From contig CAXBMO010000006.1 of assembly GCA_963977015.1 (NCBI GenBank), positions 64,001 to 128,000 of the forward strand: a stretch of DNA of 64,000 bases, in the 5' to 3' direction. Every line of letters begins with the position of its first letter. Position 1 is the stretch's first letter. The stretch is from an uncultured bacterium (GTDB lineage: Bacteria; Verrucomicrobiota; Verrucomicrobiia; Verrucomicrobiales; DEV007). The notes under the pieces are model-generated. The model had not been told where the DNA came from. It saw only the letters and a list, made by a program, of their open reading frames with translations, and did not search any database. Below are positions 31,084 through 40,724 of the stretch, in pieces. Both the position numbers and the translations under genes were made by a program.

Positions 31084-32169
31084 ATGACTCAGTCAAATTG
31101 GCGGATGCAGCCGCTCGTAGTCGCCCTCCTCCTGGTTTGCACGTGCCATTTCTGCTTCGGCCAGGATCAACCCACGCCCGACGAACGTCTGGCCGGGATC
31201 CTCAAGCGGTTTCCGCAAAGCGACGCCAATCAGGATGGCACCCTCACTCGTGAAGAAGCCGCCGCGTTTTTCCGGAAACGCCGGGAGGGGATGGAGAAGT
31301 CGAACCCAAACCCGGGCCGAAGCCGCGGAAGCGAACCCACTCACGCGGACATTTCCTACGGCGACCACGAAAAGCAGGCGTTCGACATCTGGCTCGTCCC
31401 CGACGCCACCGAACCGACCCCCGTCGTCCTCTTCATTCATGGTGGCGGTTTCCGCAGCGGCGACAAACGCACCGCCGTCCCATCCTTCATCGACAAATGC
31501 TTGAAGGCAGGCGTCGCCTTCGTCGCGATGAACTACCGGCTATCCGACGTTGGGCCCTATCCCATCATGATGGACGACTGCGCCCGCGGACTCCAGACCA
31601 TCCGTCATCGCGCCAAGGAGTGGAATCTGGATCCGGAGAACATCGCCGCCTACGGAGGCTCCGCTGGCGCTGGCATCTCGCTTTGGCTGGGCTTTCACGA
31701 CGATCTCGCCGATCCGGAAAGCGACGACCCGATCGCGCGCGAGTCGACTCGAATTGTCGCGGTTGGAACCATGAACGGGCAATCCACCTATGACCTCAAC
31801 GACTTCCGCGACTGGTTCGGCGTCCCGAATTTGCAGCCCGGTCCGGCTCTGTCCGCCTTCTACGGAATCGAATCCGACGCCGACTGGGAAAGCGAGCGGG
31901 TGAGGAACCTCATGAAGGAAGCCTCCAGCATCAATCATCTCAGCAAAGACGACGTCCCCGTCTACATGATCTACAGCCGTCCCAACACCCCCGTTACTGC
32001 CGAAACCGAGTCCCGCGAATGGGTTCACCATGTAAAGCTCGGCCTCAAACTCCAGGCGGCCATGCAGGAACACGGGCTGGAATGCATCGTCAAGGGTCCG
32101 GACATCAAACCGGAGAACGACCCCTACAGCTCGATGGAAGACTTTCTGATTCAGAAGGTGAAGGGCTGA
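31084..32169 (+). CDS. Secreted alpha/beta-hydrolase (esterase) with EF-hand-like motif
   Basis: HGGG oxyanion motif, GGSAG nucleophile elbow, 'DANQDGTLTREE'; start uncertain. Confidence 0.82.
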   Translation: MTQSNWRMQPLVVALLLVCTCHFCFGQDQPTPDERLAGILKRFPQSDANQDGTLTREEAAAFFRKRREGMEKSNPNPGRSRGSEPTHADISYGDHEKQAFDIWLVPDATEPTPVVLFIHGGGFRSGDKRTAVPSFIDKCLKAGVAFVAMNYRLSDVGPYPIMMDDCARGLQTIRHRAKEWNLDPENIAAYGGSAGAGISLWLGFHDDLADPESDDPIARESTRIVAVGTMNGQSTYDLNDFRDWFGVPNLQPGPALSAFYGIESDADWESERVRNLMKEASSINHLSKDDVPVYMIYSRPNTPVTAETESREWVHHVKLGLKLQAAMQEHGLECIVKGPDIKPENDPYSSMEDFLIQKVKG

Positions 32170-32177
32170 ACCGCGCC

Positions 32178-33335
32178 CTATTTTCGCGCCTGGGTCACGG
32201 CGGCCTGCGCGACTTGGGAGAGGAGCCCGACGACGGCTTCATTCCTGGCCAGTTCGGGGGCGGTCTGGTTGAGGGCGCGCCGGACCATTTCGTTGGTCAC
32301 GGTGTCAAACGGGTCCAGAGCAACGAGAAGAATCTCGAGGGCCTCGCGCGCCTGCGGAGCGACCTGTTGAGGTTGAAAGAGCAGGGTCTCCAGTTCCTGC
32401 TCAATCATTTGGATGGAGCTGGCTTGCATCCCTTCCCCAATGTAGATGAGAAAGAGGGCCGCCAGCCCTGCGGTGAGAGGATCCTCACTCATGGGGGTGG
32501 AGAGGAGTTGATCCGTGCCAAGGTAGGAAATGGCTCTTCCCCCCACGTTCATGGCCGCCCATTTGATGACGTTTTCACCGGCCTTGGCCCGGTAGCGCTC
32601 CCGCACCGGTTCGTCCATCAGGCTGAGGGCGAGCCAGTCCCGGGAGACGGCGGGATCGAACGGAAACTGCAGTTGATAGTGCTGCTGAAGGACGTGCATG
32701 CAGGCGGCCAGGGCGTAGACGGCGTCCCAGTTCTCCTCGTTGACATGCAGGGCCAGCTCGTCGTTGACGAAGGTGAAGCGCTCCGCCACATAGGCGGCTT
32801 TACCGTCGAGTTCCGCGAGCTCGGCCGCGGCGGAGTCCACGTTTCGCTTGGCGTTGGAGATCAACAGTTCGTGCCTGGACCGATCCACCCCTTCAATGGT
32901 GGTGGGTGGGTTTTTTCTGACGTAGGCCAGCCGCTCCTGCATGCGATTCAGCTCCGCTTCCAGCTTCGGTCGCTTTTGCAATACGAGGCATGCGTGGAAG
33001 GGGAGGGCGATTTGATCGGCCAAGGCCCGGAGGTCTGGCGACAGGGCGGGGTTGGTTTTGGCGAGTCGTTGGAGGCCTTCGATGGATTGCTTGGCTGCCG
33101 AGGGGATTTTTCGGTAAACTTTTTGTGCTTCAGCCCGGTCTCCCTTGAGGTCGGTCGAGAGAAGAATCGGCCGGAGAATGTTCGACACTTCCGGGGTTTG
33201 GAGTGGGCCATCGGCGAGGGCGAATGCTGCTGACAGGCAAAGCCAAAGGCCGACGAGCGTTGACCGGAGGGCCTGGGTTAAAATCGGGTGGGGTCTGCCT
33301 TCTCCTGAGAAGGCTGTGTTGTCCTGCTTCCTCAT
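32178..33335 (-). CDS. Hypothetical alpha-helical protein with N-terminal hydrophobic segment
   Basis: Open frame filling the gap between cobB and the esterase; start uncertain; no recognised family. Confidence 0.55.
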   Translation of the reverse strand: MRKQDNTAFSGEGRPHPILTQALRSTLVGLWLCLSAAFALADGPLQTPEVSNILRPILLSTDLKGDRAEAQKVYRKIPSAAKQSIEGLQRLAKTNPALSPDLRALADQIALPFHACLVLQKRPKLEAELNRMQERLAYVRKNPPTTIEGVDRSRHELLISNAKRNVDSAAAELAELDGKAAYVAERFTFVNDELALHVNEENWDAVYALAACMHVLQQHYQLQFPFDPAVSRDWLALSLMDEPVRERYRAKAGENVIKWAAMNVGGRAISYLGTDQLLSTPMSEDPLTAGLAALFLIYIGEGMQASSIQMIEQELETLLFQPQQVAPQAREALEILLVALDPFDTVTNEMVRRALNQTAPELARNEAVVGLLSQVAQAAVTQARK

Positions 33336-33450
33336 AGCAAATACGCAAACAGATGACCCCAAATGAGGCAAGCAAAAATAAGTTCCGGGGAGAGGGCTAC
33401 GGAATTCGCGAATCGAACGGGCCCCGAAAGTGGCGCGAGAAGTCGAAAGC

Positions 33451-34158
33451 TCAGGGTGATGGGGAACCGTTGATCGAACGTTCCACGAATGGTGGCACGT
33501 TTTCCGTCGCGGGACCGAGGATGCTCTCGTCGAAGTCGGCGGAGTTGGCGGCGGCTTCGAGGTTGATTTCGACGGTTTGGGCACCGTGTTGTTTGGCGTG
33601 GCTGACGAATTGGGCGGCGGGATAGACGACGCCGGATGTTCCAATCGCGACAAAGAGATCGGCGTCTTCGAGCGCTCGATAGATGCGGTCGAGGTGATAG
33701 GGCATTTCGCCGAACCAGACGATGTCCGGGCGCAGCCCGCCGGGGCGTTTGCAACGCTCACAAATGTTGGTCGCGGCGAGATCGGTCGTGCATTCGGAGA
33801 CGTACTCGCACGAGGTGCAGCGTTTCTTGGCGAGCTCACCGTGCATGTGGAGGACGCGGGTGTTGCCGGCGCGCTCGTGGAGGTTGTCGACGTTTTGAGT
33901 GACGAGAAGGAAGTCGTCGCCGAGGTGTTGCTCCAGCTTGGCGAGTGCGCGGTGGGCGGCGTTCGGCTCGACTTCCGGCAACTGGGCGCGGCGTTGATTG
34001 TAGAAGCGGTGAACGACCTCCGGTTTGTTGGCGAAGGCTCCCGGCGTGGCGACCTCCTCCATGCGATGGCCTTCCCACAAGCCGTTCTTGTCGCGAAAGG
34101 TGCGAATCCCGGATTCGGCGGAAATTCCGGCTCCGGTGAGGATAACGGTCTTCTTCAT
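33451..34158 (-). CDS. cobB: NAD-dependent protein deacylase (sirtuin)
   Basis: GAGISAESG, TQNVD, HG, CxxC...CxxC, 'RPDIVWFGE', 'IGTSG.VYPAA'. Confidence 0.95.
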   Translation of the reverse strand: MKKTVILTGAGISAESGIRTFRDKNGLWEGHRMEEVATPGAFANKPEVVHRFYNQRRAQLPEVEPNAAHRALAKLEQHLGDDFLLVTQNVDNLHERAGNTRVLHMHGELAKKRCTSCEYVSECTTDLAATNICERCKRPGGLRPDIVWFGEMPYHLDRIYRALEDADLFVAIGTSGVVYPAAQFVSHAKQHGAQTVEINLEAAANSADFDESILGPATENVPPFVERSINGSPSP

Positions 34159-34173
34159 CCCGGGCCGTTGCGG

Positions 34174-34647
34174 TTACATCTCGATGCTGGCAACGGCCAT
34201 GGCGGCCATGCCTTCCTGGCGACCGAGGAATCCCATTTTCTCGTTCGTGGTCGCCTTGATTCCAACCTGACGAACCTCAATTCCAAGCGCCTCAGCCACG
34301 TTTTCCTTCATCGCGTTGGCGTGCGGCATGATCTTGGGGGCTTCGGCGACGAGGGTGGAGTCGATGTTCACAATCGTGGCCGATTTGGAGGCGGCGACTT
34401 CGGCGCATTTGCGAAGAATGTCCATCGAGCTGATTCCTTCGATCGACGGGTCGGTGGGTGGAAAGTAGTAGCCGATGTCGGGCTCGCCCAAGGCGCCGAG
34501 GACGGCGTCGGCGATGGCGTGCGCGAGGACGTCGGCATCGGAGTGGCCGAGGAGTCCGCGTTCGTGAGAGATTTCAACGCCGCCCAGAATGAGGGTGCGG
34601 CCCTCAGCGAGTTGATGGACGTCGTAGCCGATGCCAACGCGATTCAT
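34174..34647 (-). CDS. ispF: 2-C-methyl-D-erythritol 2,4-cyclodiphosphate synthase
   Basis: 'GIGYDVH', 'GHSDADV', 'KATTNEKMG'. Confidence 0.97.
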   Translation of the reverse strand: MNRVGIGYDVHQLAEGRTLILGGVEISHERGLLGHSDADVLAHAIADAVLGALGEPDIGYYFPPTDPSIEGISSMDILRKCAEVAASKSATIVNIDSTLVAEAPKIMPHANAMKENVAEALGIEVRQVGIKATTNEKMGFLGRQEGMAAMAVASIEM

Positions 34648-34650
34648 GGT

Positions 34651-35541
34651 TTAAAGTTGGAAAATTCCGGGGCTAAGTTGGTGGTTGGCGAGGTCCGCGA
34701 GCACGGTTTCATAATCTTGTTGAGCGGTGGCGTAGAGTTCGGCGATCCGCTCTTTCACGGCTGGTGGCTTGGAGGAATTGCCGGTGGGATAAACACGTTT
34801 GTTCAACGCGCGTTGTTGCGGGAAACGATCCGCTTCCACGCCGATGAATCTGAGGACTTCGGTCAGGAATTGGCGAGGTTCTTCGTTGATGAGGCGAAAC
34901 TCGGCCACGAGGAGATTGCCGGGTTTGAGGTGCTGACGCCAGTTGGCGATCATGGTGGAATACATCCCGCGTTGAAGCTGGCCGCCGGCGCGGAGGAACT
35001 TGTCGAGCGCTTCGGGATCGACCTGATCCATGGTGAGGTTGGAGTGCTCGGTGAACTTCTTCTTGGCGTGTGACCAAACCCGCTCAGCCGGAACCCGCAT
35101 GGTGAGGACGGCTTTGATGTCCGGATTGATGAGGCAGACTTCCCGGATGGCGTTGGGCGAGAGCGTTGCATTGGAGGCGGTGGCATCTCCCAGCGCTTTG
35201 GGCGAGTATTTGGTGTGGTGCCGCACGAGCGATTCAACCTGGCGGCGCAGCTTGTGCGGCGTGGAGTCGGACATCGCCATATCCAGGTAGTCTTCGAGAC
35301 GCGGGTAATCGAAGTGCTGTTTTTCCGGCTCAAGCAGGGTGCTGAAGAAGTAGGTCTCCTTTCCCTTGGGCAGGAAGACTTCTGGGTGCGCCTTGAGGTG
35401 AGAGCTGATCCAGCTGGTGCCGGTGCGCTGCGGGCCAAGGATGAGGAAGTCAGGAAACCGCGACAAATCGGCACCGGCTTTCGCCTGCACCATTTCGAGC
35501 TGCTCGCAAACTTCGGGGCTGAGGGTGGTCGGCTTCATCAA
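34651..35541 (-). CDS. Sulfotransferase family protein
   Basis: 'PDFLILGPQRTGTSW' PAPS-binding loop, 'HPEV...KETYFF', 'R.P.ER.WS'. Confidence 0.85.
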   Translation of the reverse strand: MMKPTTLSPEVCEQLEMVQAKAGADLSRFPDFLILGPQRTGTSWISSHLKAHPEVFLPKGKETYFFSTLLEPEKQHFDYPRLEDYLDMAMSDSTPHKLRRQVESLVRHHTKYSPKALGDATASNATLSPNAIREVCLINPDIKAVLTMRVPAERVWSHAKKKFTEHSNLTMDQVDPEALDKFLRAGGQLQRGMYSTMIANWRQHLKPGNLLVAEFRLINEEPRQFLTEVLRFIGVEADRFPQQRALNKRVYPTGNSSKPPAVKERIAELYATAQQDYETVLADLANHQLSPGIFQL

Positions 35542-36291
35542 TTAGGCGAGATCATCCAACGGAAGCTTGCCGTTCGATGACGTGACGCCGAATTTATCGG
35601 ACGCTTCCTTGGGCCGTTTTACCACAGTTCCACCCGCGCGTTCGATCAGAATCTCCCCCGCAGCGATGTCCCACAGACTTACCGATTCCTCAATGTAGGC
35701 GTCGAGACGGCCACAGGCGATGTAGGCCATGCCGAGCGCGGCGCTTCCCAGCATCCGTGTTTTGCGGACCTGAAAGGCGATTTTCTTGTAGCGCTGCAAG
35801 CCGGCTTCCATGCCCTCGTTCGTTTTCGAAAAACCGACGGTGATGACGGCTTCGCCAAGTTTCGCGCGATTGCTGACGGTGATGGGTTTGCCATTTCGGG
35901 TGGGCTCGACGCCGGGCCCGACGGTGAAGAGTTCGTCCATCATCGGATCGTAGATGACGCCGAGGATGATCTCTTCCTTGTGGCGAAGGGCGATCGAAAC
36001 GCAGAAATGCGGGATTCCGTAGAAGAAGTTCACGGTGCCGTCGATCGGATCGACGATCCAGTGGTAGTCGCTCGATTGATCACCAGCGAGGCCTTCTTCA
36101 CCATAAATGGCGTGATCGGGGTGGGCTTTGAGGAGAATCTCCTCGATCTTCTTTTGGCACCGGACATCCAGCTCCAGCTTAATGTCGTGTTCCAGCATCT
36201 CGTCGACGTGGAGATCGGCCTCGTAGTTGTCCTTCTGGATCTGACCGGCGGCTTTGGCGGCGTCGATGGCAGTTTGGAGAAAATCGGTCAT
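35542..36291 (-). CDS. suhB: Inositol monophosphatase family protein
   Basis: 'GEE', 'WIVDPIDGTVNF', 'GSAAL', 'WDIAAG'. Confidence 0.88.
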   Translation of the reverse strand: MTDFLQTAIDAAKAAGQIQKDNYEADLHVDEMLEHDIKLELDVRCQKKIEEILLKAHPDHAIYGEEGLAGDQSSDYHWIVDPIDGTVNFFYGIPHFCVSIALRHKEEIILGVIYDPMMDELFTVGPGVEPTRNGKPITVSNRAKLGEAVITVGFSKTNEGMEAGLQRYKKIAFQVRKTRMLGSAALGMAYIACGRLDAYIEESVSLWDIAAGEILIERAGGTVVKRPKEASDKFGVTSSNGKLPLDDLA

Positions 36292-36419
36292 GTGGCAGCG
36301 AAAGTGGCGAGTTGGAATCGAAATGCAACCCAACCTTTTGTTGCGGGCCCTCGGTTGAAACCGGACGGAAACCGGATTTACCGAGTCTGGTTCCCTGGTT
36401 CCGTCCGTAAATCCCGCTG

Positions 36420-37121
36420 ATGAGCCGATCTATTCTTATTGCTGGTGGAAATTCCGGAATTGGCAAAGAAACGCTGAAACTCCTTCAGGAGGACGGGAAA
36501 CAGGTGTTTTGCGCCGCCCGAAGTCATGGAAATATCAGTCAGATTCCGAAACTGGCGATGCTGCCGTTTTATGCCGAGGACGAAGATCCGAAGCTCAACC
36601 TCCCGGATGAAATCCACGGAGCGGTGTATTTTCCGGGAACGATCACGCTCAAGCCGTTTCGCAGTCTGAAAATCGAGGACTTTCTGAACGATCTTCAGAT
36701 CAACTTCTTTGGTGCAGTGAGGTTTCTTCAGCAAGCTTACCCTGCGCTGAAAAAATCGGGATCAGCCTCGGTGGTGCTCTTCTCGACAGTCGCCGTTGAG
36801 GTTGGTTTGCCCTACCACGCCAGCATCGCGGCGGCGAAAGGAGCCGTCGAAGGGCTGGCCAAATCGCTCGCCGCAGAGTGGGCGCCGGGCATTCGCGTCA
36901 ATTGCATCGCGCCATCGCTGACGGACACTCCGCTGGGTGCCCATCTGCTCGACACGGATGCCAAACGGGACGCCGCGGCTTCACGACATCCATTGAAGCA
37001 AATTGGCGATCCTCGCGATGTGGCCAAACTCGTCCGCTTTCTCTTAAGCGACGGCTCCAAATTCATGACGGGCCAGGTTCTTCGACCGGACGGCGGCCTT
37101 TCGTCAGTTCGCACTGTCTAG
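36420..37121 (+). CDS. Short-chain dehydrogenase/reductase
   Basis: GGNSGIG, 'SLAAEWAP.IRVNCIAP', 'MTGQVL..DGG'. Confidence 0.9.
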   Translation: MSRSILIAGGNSGIGKETLKLLQEDGKQVFCAARSHGNISQIPKLAMLPFYAEDEDPKLNLPDEIHGAVYFPGTITLKPFRSLKIEDFLNDLQINFFGAVRFLQQAYPALKKSGSASVVLFSTVAVEVGLPYHASIAAAKGAVEGLAKSLAAEWAPGIRVNCIAPSLTDTPLGAHLLDTDAKRDAAASRHPLKQIGDPRDVAKLVRFLLSDGSKFMTGQVLRPDGGLSSVRTV

Positions 37122-37326
37122 GGCGCGTTTGAAAAAGAGGTCGAGACGCGCTGCGAGTGATTTTGTCGACTGGGAATGATGGCTCGGGGCGGCAATGAGC
37201 CTTCTCACAAAGCCTCGAACAGCATTTCCAGTCGGCAAAAGCGCCGCACCTCAAGATCATGCGAAGCCAATCTTCAACAATGATGAACAACTTGCGCGTC
37301 CGTCATCATTTTCAAACGCTCCCTAG
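37118..37326. mobile_element. Putative MITE (non-autonomous IS-derived element)
   Basis: Terminal inverted repeats CTAGGGCGCGTTTGAAAA / TTTTCAAACGCTCCCTAG (17/18 match), inner GACGCGC/GCGCGTC pair, no transposase. Confidence 0.6.
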
Positions 37327-37458
37327 GCTTGGCCGAATCCTGGGCGGTAATTCTCCGCCTGAAACCGGAGTTTTGAGAAAACAGACAACTTTGTCTGTTT
37401 TAAGTGTAAGCACCCAATCTCTCCGGCGACCCATTCTTAACACAACACACGAAAAGCA

Positions 37459-37614
37459 ATGACCTCTACAACCATCCAGCAGTCAGCAATCACCGATCAA
37501 TCCCTGAGTGACAAGGACCGTGCCTTCATTCGCCTCGCCAGCGCCATTCTGGGCCAGCCTGAAGAAATTCTCCTCGCCGACTTCCTCGCCAAAAAGCTCG
37601 GGAAAGCAAGTTGA
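37459..37614 (+). CDS. Small hypothetical protein (51 aa)
   Basis: MTSTTIQQSAITDQSLSDKDRAFIRLASAILGQPEEILLADFLAKKLGKAS; A/C-rich leader; fills an otherwise empty gap. Confidence 0.5.
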   Translation: MTSTTIQQSAITDQSLSDKDRAFIRLASAILGQPEEILLADFLAKKLGKAS

Positions 37615-37706
37615 TCAGCTTGGGGCGGACTGCTGGGGGCTTGGTCTCTGGCGCTCCTCGCCGAACCGGCTGAGTTCGTGATCGATCTGGATTCTGAACA
37701 CGGGCT

Positions 37707-38354
37707 TTACTTCCCCACCAACTCCTCGATCACCGCGACTAGTTTGCCGGCCAGATCCGACTTCGCCGCTTTCGGGAGCCGCTCCACCCGTCCATCGGCG
37801 AAGAACAACACGATCTCGTTTGCATCGGAGTCGAACCCGATATCGCTGCGGCTTACATCATTGGCGACGATGATGTCACATCGCTTGCGGCTCAGCTTGT
37901 CTTTCGCGTAACGCTCGAGCTGCTCCGTCTCAGCTGCAAAACCGACCAGCACACCGGTAAATCCCAGTTGATCCCGTGCGCTGCCCAAAATGTCTTCGGT
38001 CTTCTCCAGCTGAATCGTCGGCGCCTCATTCTGCGTCTTCTTGATCTTGTTCTCGGAAACCGTGACCGGGCGATAATCCGCCACCGCCGCCGTCATGATT
38101 GCCACGTCCATCTTCCCAATCCGCTGCGCCACCGCGTCATACATCTCCCGCGTCGTTTCCACCGCGGTGGTATGAACATGAACACTGTGCGGAGCCTGAA
38201 TCGCCACGGGACCGGAAATTAACTCAACTTCATGCCCGGCATGGCCCGCCGCCTCCGCAATCGCGAACCCCATTTTTCCCGAGGACCGATTGCTGATGAA
38301 CCGCACCGGATCAATCGGCTCACGCGTCGGCCCCGCCGTGATCAAAATCTTCAT
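37707..38354 (-). CDS. coaB: Phosphopantothenate-cysteine ligase (stand-alone CoaB)
   Basis: 'TAGPTREPIDPVRFISNRSSGKMG', 'AAVADY', 'VGFAAET'. Confidence 0.93.
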   Translation of the reverse strand: MKILITAGPTREPIDPVRFISNRSSGKMGFAIAEAAGHAGHEVELISGPVAIQAPHSVHVHTTAVETTREMYDAVAQRIGKMDVAIMTAAVADYRPVTVSENKIKKTQNEAPTIQLEKTEDILGSARDQLGFTGVLVGFAAETEQLERYAKDKLSRKRCDIIVANDVSRSDIGFDSDANEIVLFFADGRVERLPKAAKSDLAGKLVAVIEELVGK

Positions 38355-38926
38355 GACGACGCTTTTTTCGGTAAGACCTTCAACATCGCCTCAATCTTCT
38401 CTACGATTCCATCCACCGCCCAAAGCCGTCCCGCGCCCTCATACCCACAAGCCAGCATCCCGTCCTCTTCCGGGCCAATAAACTCGACCCCGCGCGATCG
38501 CAGCTTCTCCACATTCTCCTGCGTCACCGGATTCAGCCACATCTTCCCATTCATCGCCGGCGCGATCAAAAACGGCGCCCGCGTTGCCAGTGCAATTGCC
38601 GTCAGCGCATCGCCCGCCAGCCCATACGTCAGCTGCGCAATGATGTTCGCCGTCGCTGGCGCAATCACGAACAAATCCGCGCGATCCGCCAACTGGATAT
38701 GCCCTGGGTGCCAACTCTCCTTTTCATCGTAAAGCCCCGCCGTCACCGGATTCTTCGAAAGCACCTGCAATGTCAGCGGTGTGATGAACTCCTGAGCATC
38801 CGCCGTCATCACCACATTGACCGTATGCCCCAGCTTCGTCAGTTGGCTCGTCAGATCCGCCGCCTTGTAAGCCGCAATCGACCCGGTAATGCCGAGGACA
38901 ATGGTTTTTGGTTGGGAGCTGCTCAT
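38351..38926 (-). CDS. coaC: Phosphopantothenoylcysteine decarboxylase (stand-alone CoaC)
   Basis: 'GITGSIAAYK', 'APATAN', 'PAMN..MW', 'LACGYEGAGR'. Confidence 0.93.
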   Translation of the reverse strand: MSSSQPKTIVLGITGSIAAYKAADLTSQLTKLGHTVNVVMTADAQEFITPLTLQVLSKNPVTAGLYDEKESWHPGHIQLADRADLFVIAPATANIIAQLTYGLAGDALTAIALATRAPFLIAPAMNGKMWLNPVTQENVEKLRSRGVEFIGPEEDGMLACGYEGAGRLWAVDGIVEKIEAMLKVLPKKASS

Positions 38927-39080
38927 TGACTCGACTATCACCTCAACAACGAGTGGTAACCTTCCCGATTCCCTCAGACGGGTTGACCGAAAAGTTTACA
39001 TCGGAACTGGGAAAGTAACTATCCGTGACGATCATGCTCAGGGCGTCTGAATGTTCGTTTAATAATTTTAGGTTCCAAGA

Positions 39081-40589
39081 TCAGAATTCTGCCAACTTCC
39101 GAACCGCCTCTACCAACCCCTCGAAATCATGTGTTTCCGCCTCTGTGTCGATGTTCATCCCTTCATCCCGAACTGCTTTTGACGTAATCGGCCCAATCGA
39201 GGCGATTTTGAGCCCTTCGGGAAGGGGGAGGCCCAGGTCGAGGAAATGTTCCACGGTGGAGGCGCTGGTGAAGGTGATGATGTCGGCGCCTTCGGTTTTG
39301 AAGCGTTCGGCGGCTCCGGTCGGGTCTTCGGTTTCCGCGACGGTGCGGTAGGCGATGGCTTCGTCGAGGATGACGCCTTTGGCGTTGAGGCGCTGGGACA
39401 GGACGTTGCGGGCGTCTTTGGCGCGGACCCAGAGCATGCGGAGGTTGTCGATGCTGCCCTGGGCTTCGATGGCGTCAGCGAGGCCTTCGGCGACGTGTTT
39501 CTCCGGGATGAGGTCGACGGCGAGGTGGTATTCCTTGATCTTCTGGGCCGTGCCGGGACCGACGGCGGCGATTTTGGCGCCACCGAGTTCGCGGGCGTCG
39601 TCGTAGATCTTGAAGAAGAGGTCGAAGAAACGTTCGACGCCGTTGGGGCTGGTGAAGAGGAGCCAGTCGTAGGAATGGGCGTCCTGAACGAGTTTGCCGA
39701 ATTCGAGCATGTCCTCGGGCGGCTCGATGCGGATGGTGGGCAGTTCGTAGACGTCGGCGCCGAGTTCGCGGAGCTTGGCGCTGAGGACGCCGGCTTGTGT
39801 GCGGGTGCGGGTGACGACAATGCGTTTGCCAAAGAGAGGGCGCGTTTCGAACCAGTTGAGTTCTTCGCGCAAGTTGACGACGGTGCCGATGACACAGACG
39901 GCAGGCGACTTGAAGCCGGTTTCTTCGACGCGATCGGCAATGGTGCCGAGCGTTCCGGTGAGGGATTCCTGGCCGCCGGTGGTGGCCCAGCGGATCATGG
40001 CGACGGGGGTGTCGGTGGCGAGTCCCTCCTTGGCAAGCGCTTCGGTGATGTTGCGAATGCGCTCGACGCCCATGAGCATGACTTTGGTGCCATCCGCTTC
40101 GGCAATCTTCTTGAAGTCGAGCGAGGACTCTTCCTTGTCCGGGTTTTCGTGACCGGTGAAGATGGTGAGTTGGCTGCAGTGATCGCGATGGGTGACGGGA
40201 ATGCCGGCGTAGATGGGGCCGCCGATGGAGGAGCTGATGCCGGGGACGATCTCAAAGGGGATGCCGGCCTCGCGGAGTTCCTGGGCTTCTTCGCCGCCGC
40301 GCCCAAAGATCATGGGGTCGCCGCCTTTGAGGCGACAGACGGTTTTTCCGGCTTGGGCGAGCTCGACGAGAAGGGCGTTGATGCCGCCCTGGCTGAGCGT
40401 GTGGTGCTTGGACTTTTTGCCGGCGTAGATGAGCTCGGCGTCAGGTTTGGCCCAGGCGAGAAGCTGGTTGTTCGACAGATAGTCGTAGACGATGGCGTCG
40501 GCGCGCTCGATGCATTCGCGTCCTTTAAGAGTGATGAGGCCGGGGTCGCCGGGGCCGGCGCCGACGAGATAGACTGTTCCGCTGGGCAT
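39081..40589 (-). CDS. cobA: Uroporphyrinogen-III C-methyltransferase / synthase fusion (CobA-HemD)
   Basis: 'VYLVGAGPGDPGLIT', 'RLKGGDPMIFGRGGEE'; C-terminal HemD 'FTSPNGV', 'FTSASTV', 'SIGPIT'. Confidence 0.93.
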   Translation of the reverse strand: MPSGTVYLVGAGPGDPGLITLKGRECIERADAIVYDYLSNNQLLAWAKPDAELIYAGKKSKHHTLSQGGINALLVELAQAGKTVCRLKGGDPMIFGRGGEEAQELREAGIPFEIVPGISSSIGGPIYAGIPVTHRDHCSQLTIFTGHENPDKEESSLDFKKIAEADGTKVMLMGVERIRNITEALAKEGLATDTPVAMIRWATTGGQESLTGTLGTIADRVEETGFKSPAVCVIGTVVNLREELNWFETRPLFGKRIVVTRTRTQAGVLSAKLRELGADVYELPTIRIEPPEDMLEFGKLVQDAHSYDWLLFTSPNGVERFFDLFFKIYDDARELGGAKIAAVGPGTAQKIKEYHLAVDLIPEKHVAEGLADAIEAQGSIDNLRMLWVRAKDARNVLSQRLNAKGVILDEAIAYRTVAETEDPTGAAERFKTEGADIITFTSASTVEHFLDLGLPLPEGLKIASIGPITSKAVRDEGMNIDTEAETHDFEGLVEAVRKLAEF

Positions 40590-40724
40590 GTTGGTTGGTA
40601 ATTCGTTGGGGGAGGCTCTGAGGTTGCGGAAGGGGATCCGCAAACCCCATTTCGACTCCGGGGAGGACGAAATGGAACCTACGCACAGCGAATTGACAAG
40701 CGTTTGATCGAACGCGTGATCCTC

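Noticed and set aside
33336-33839. N-terminal extension of the 553-aa ORF
   Set aside because: Overlaps cobB in another frame and has low-complexity composition
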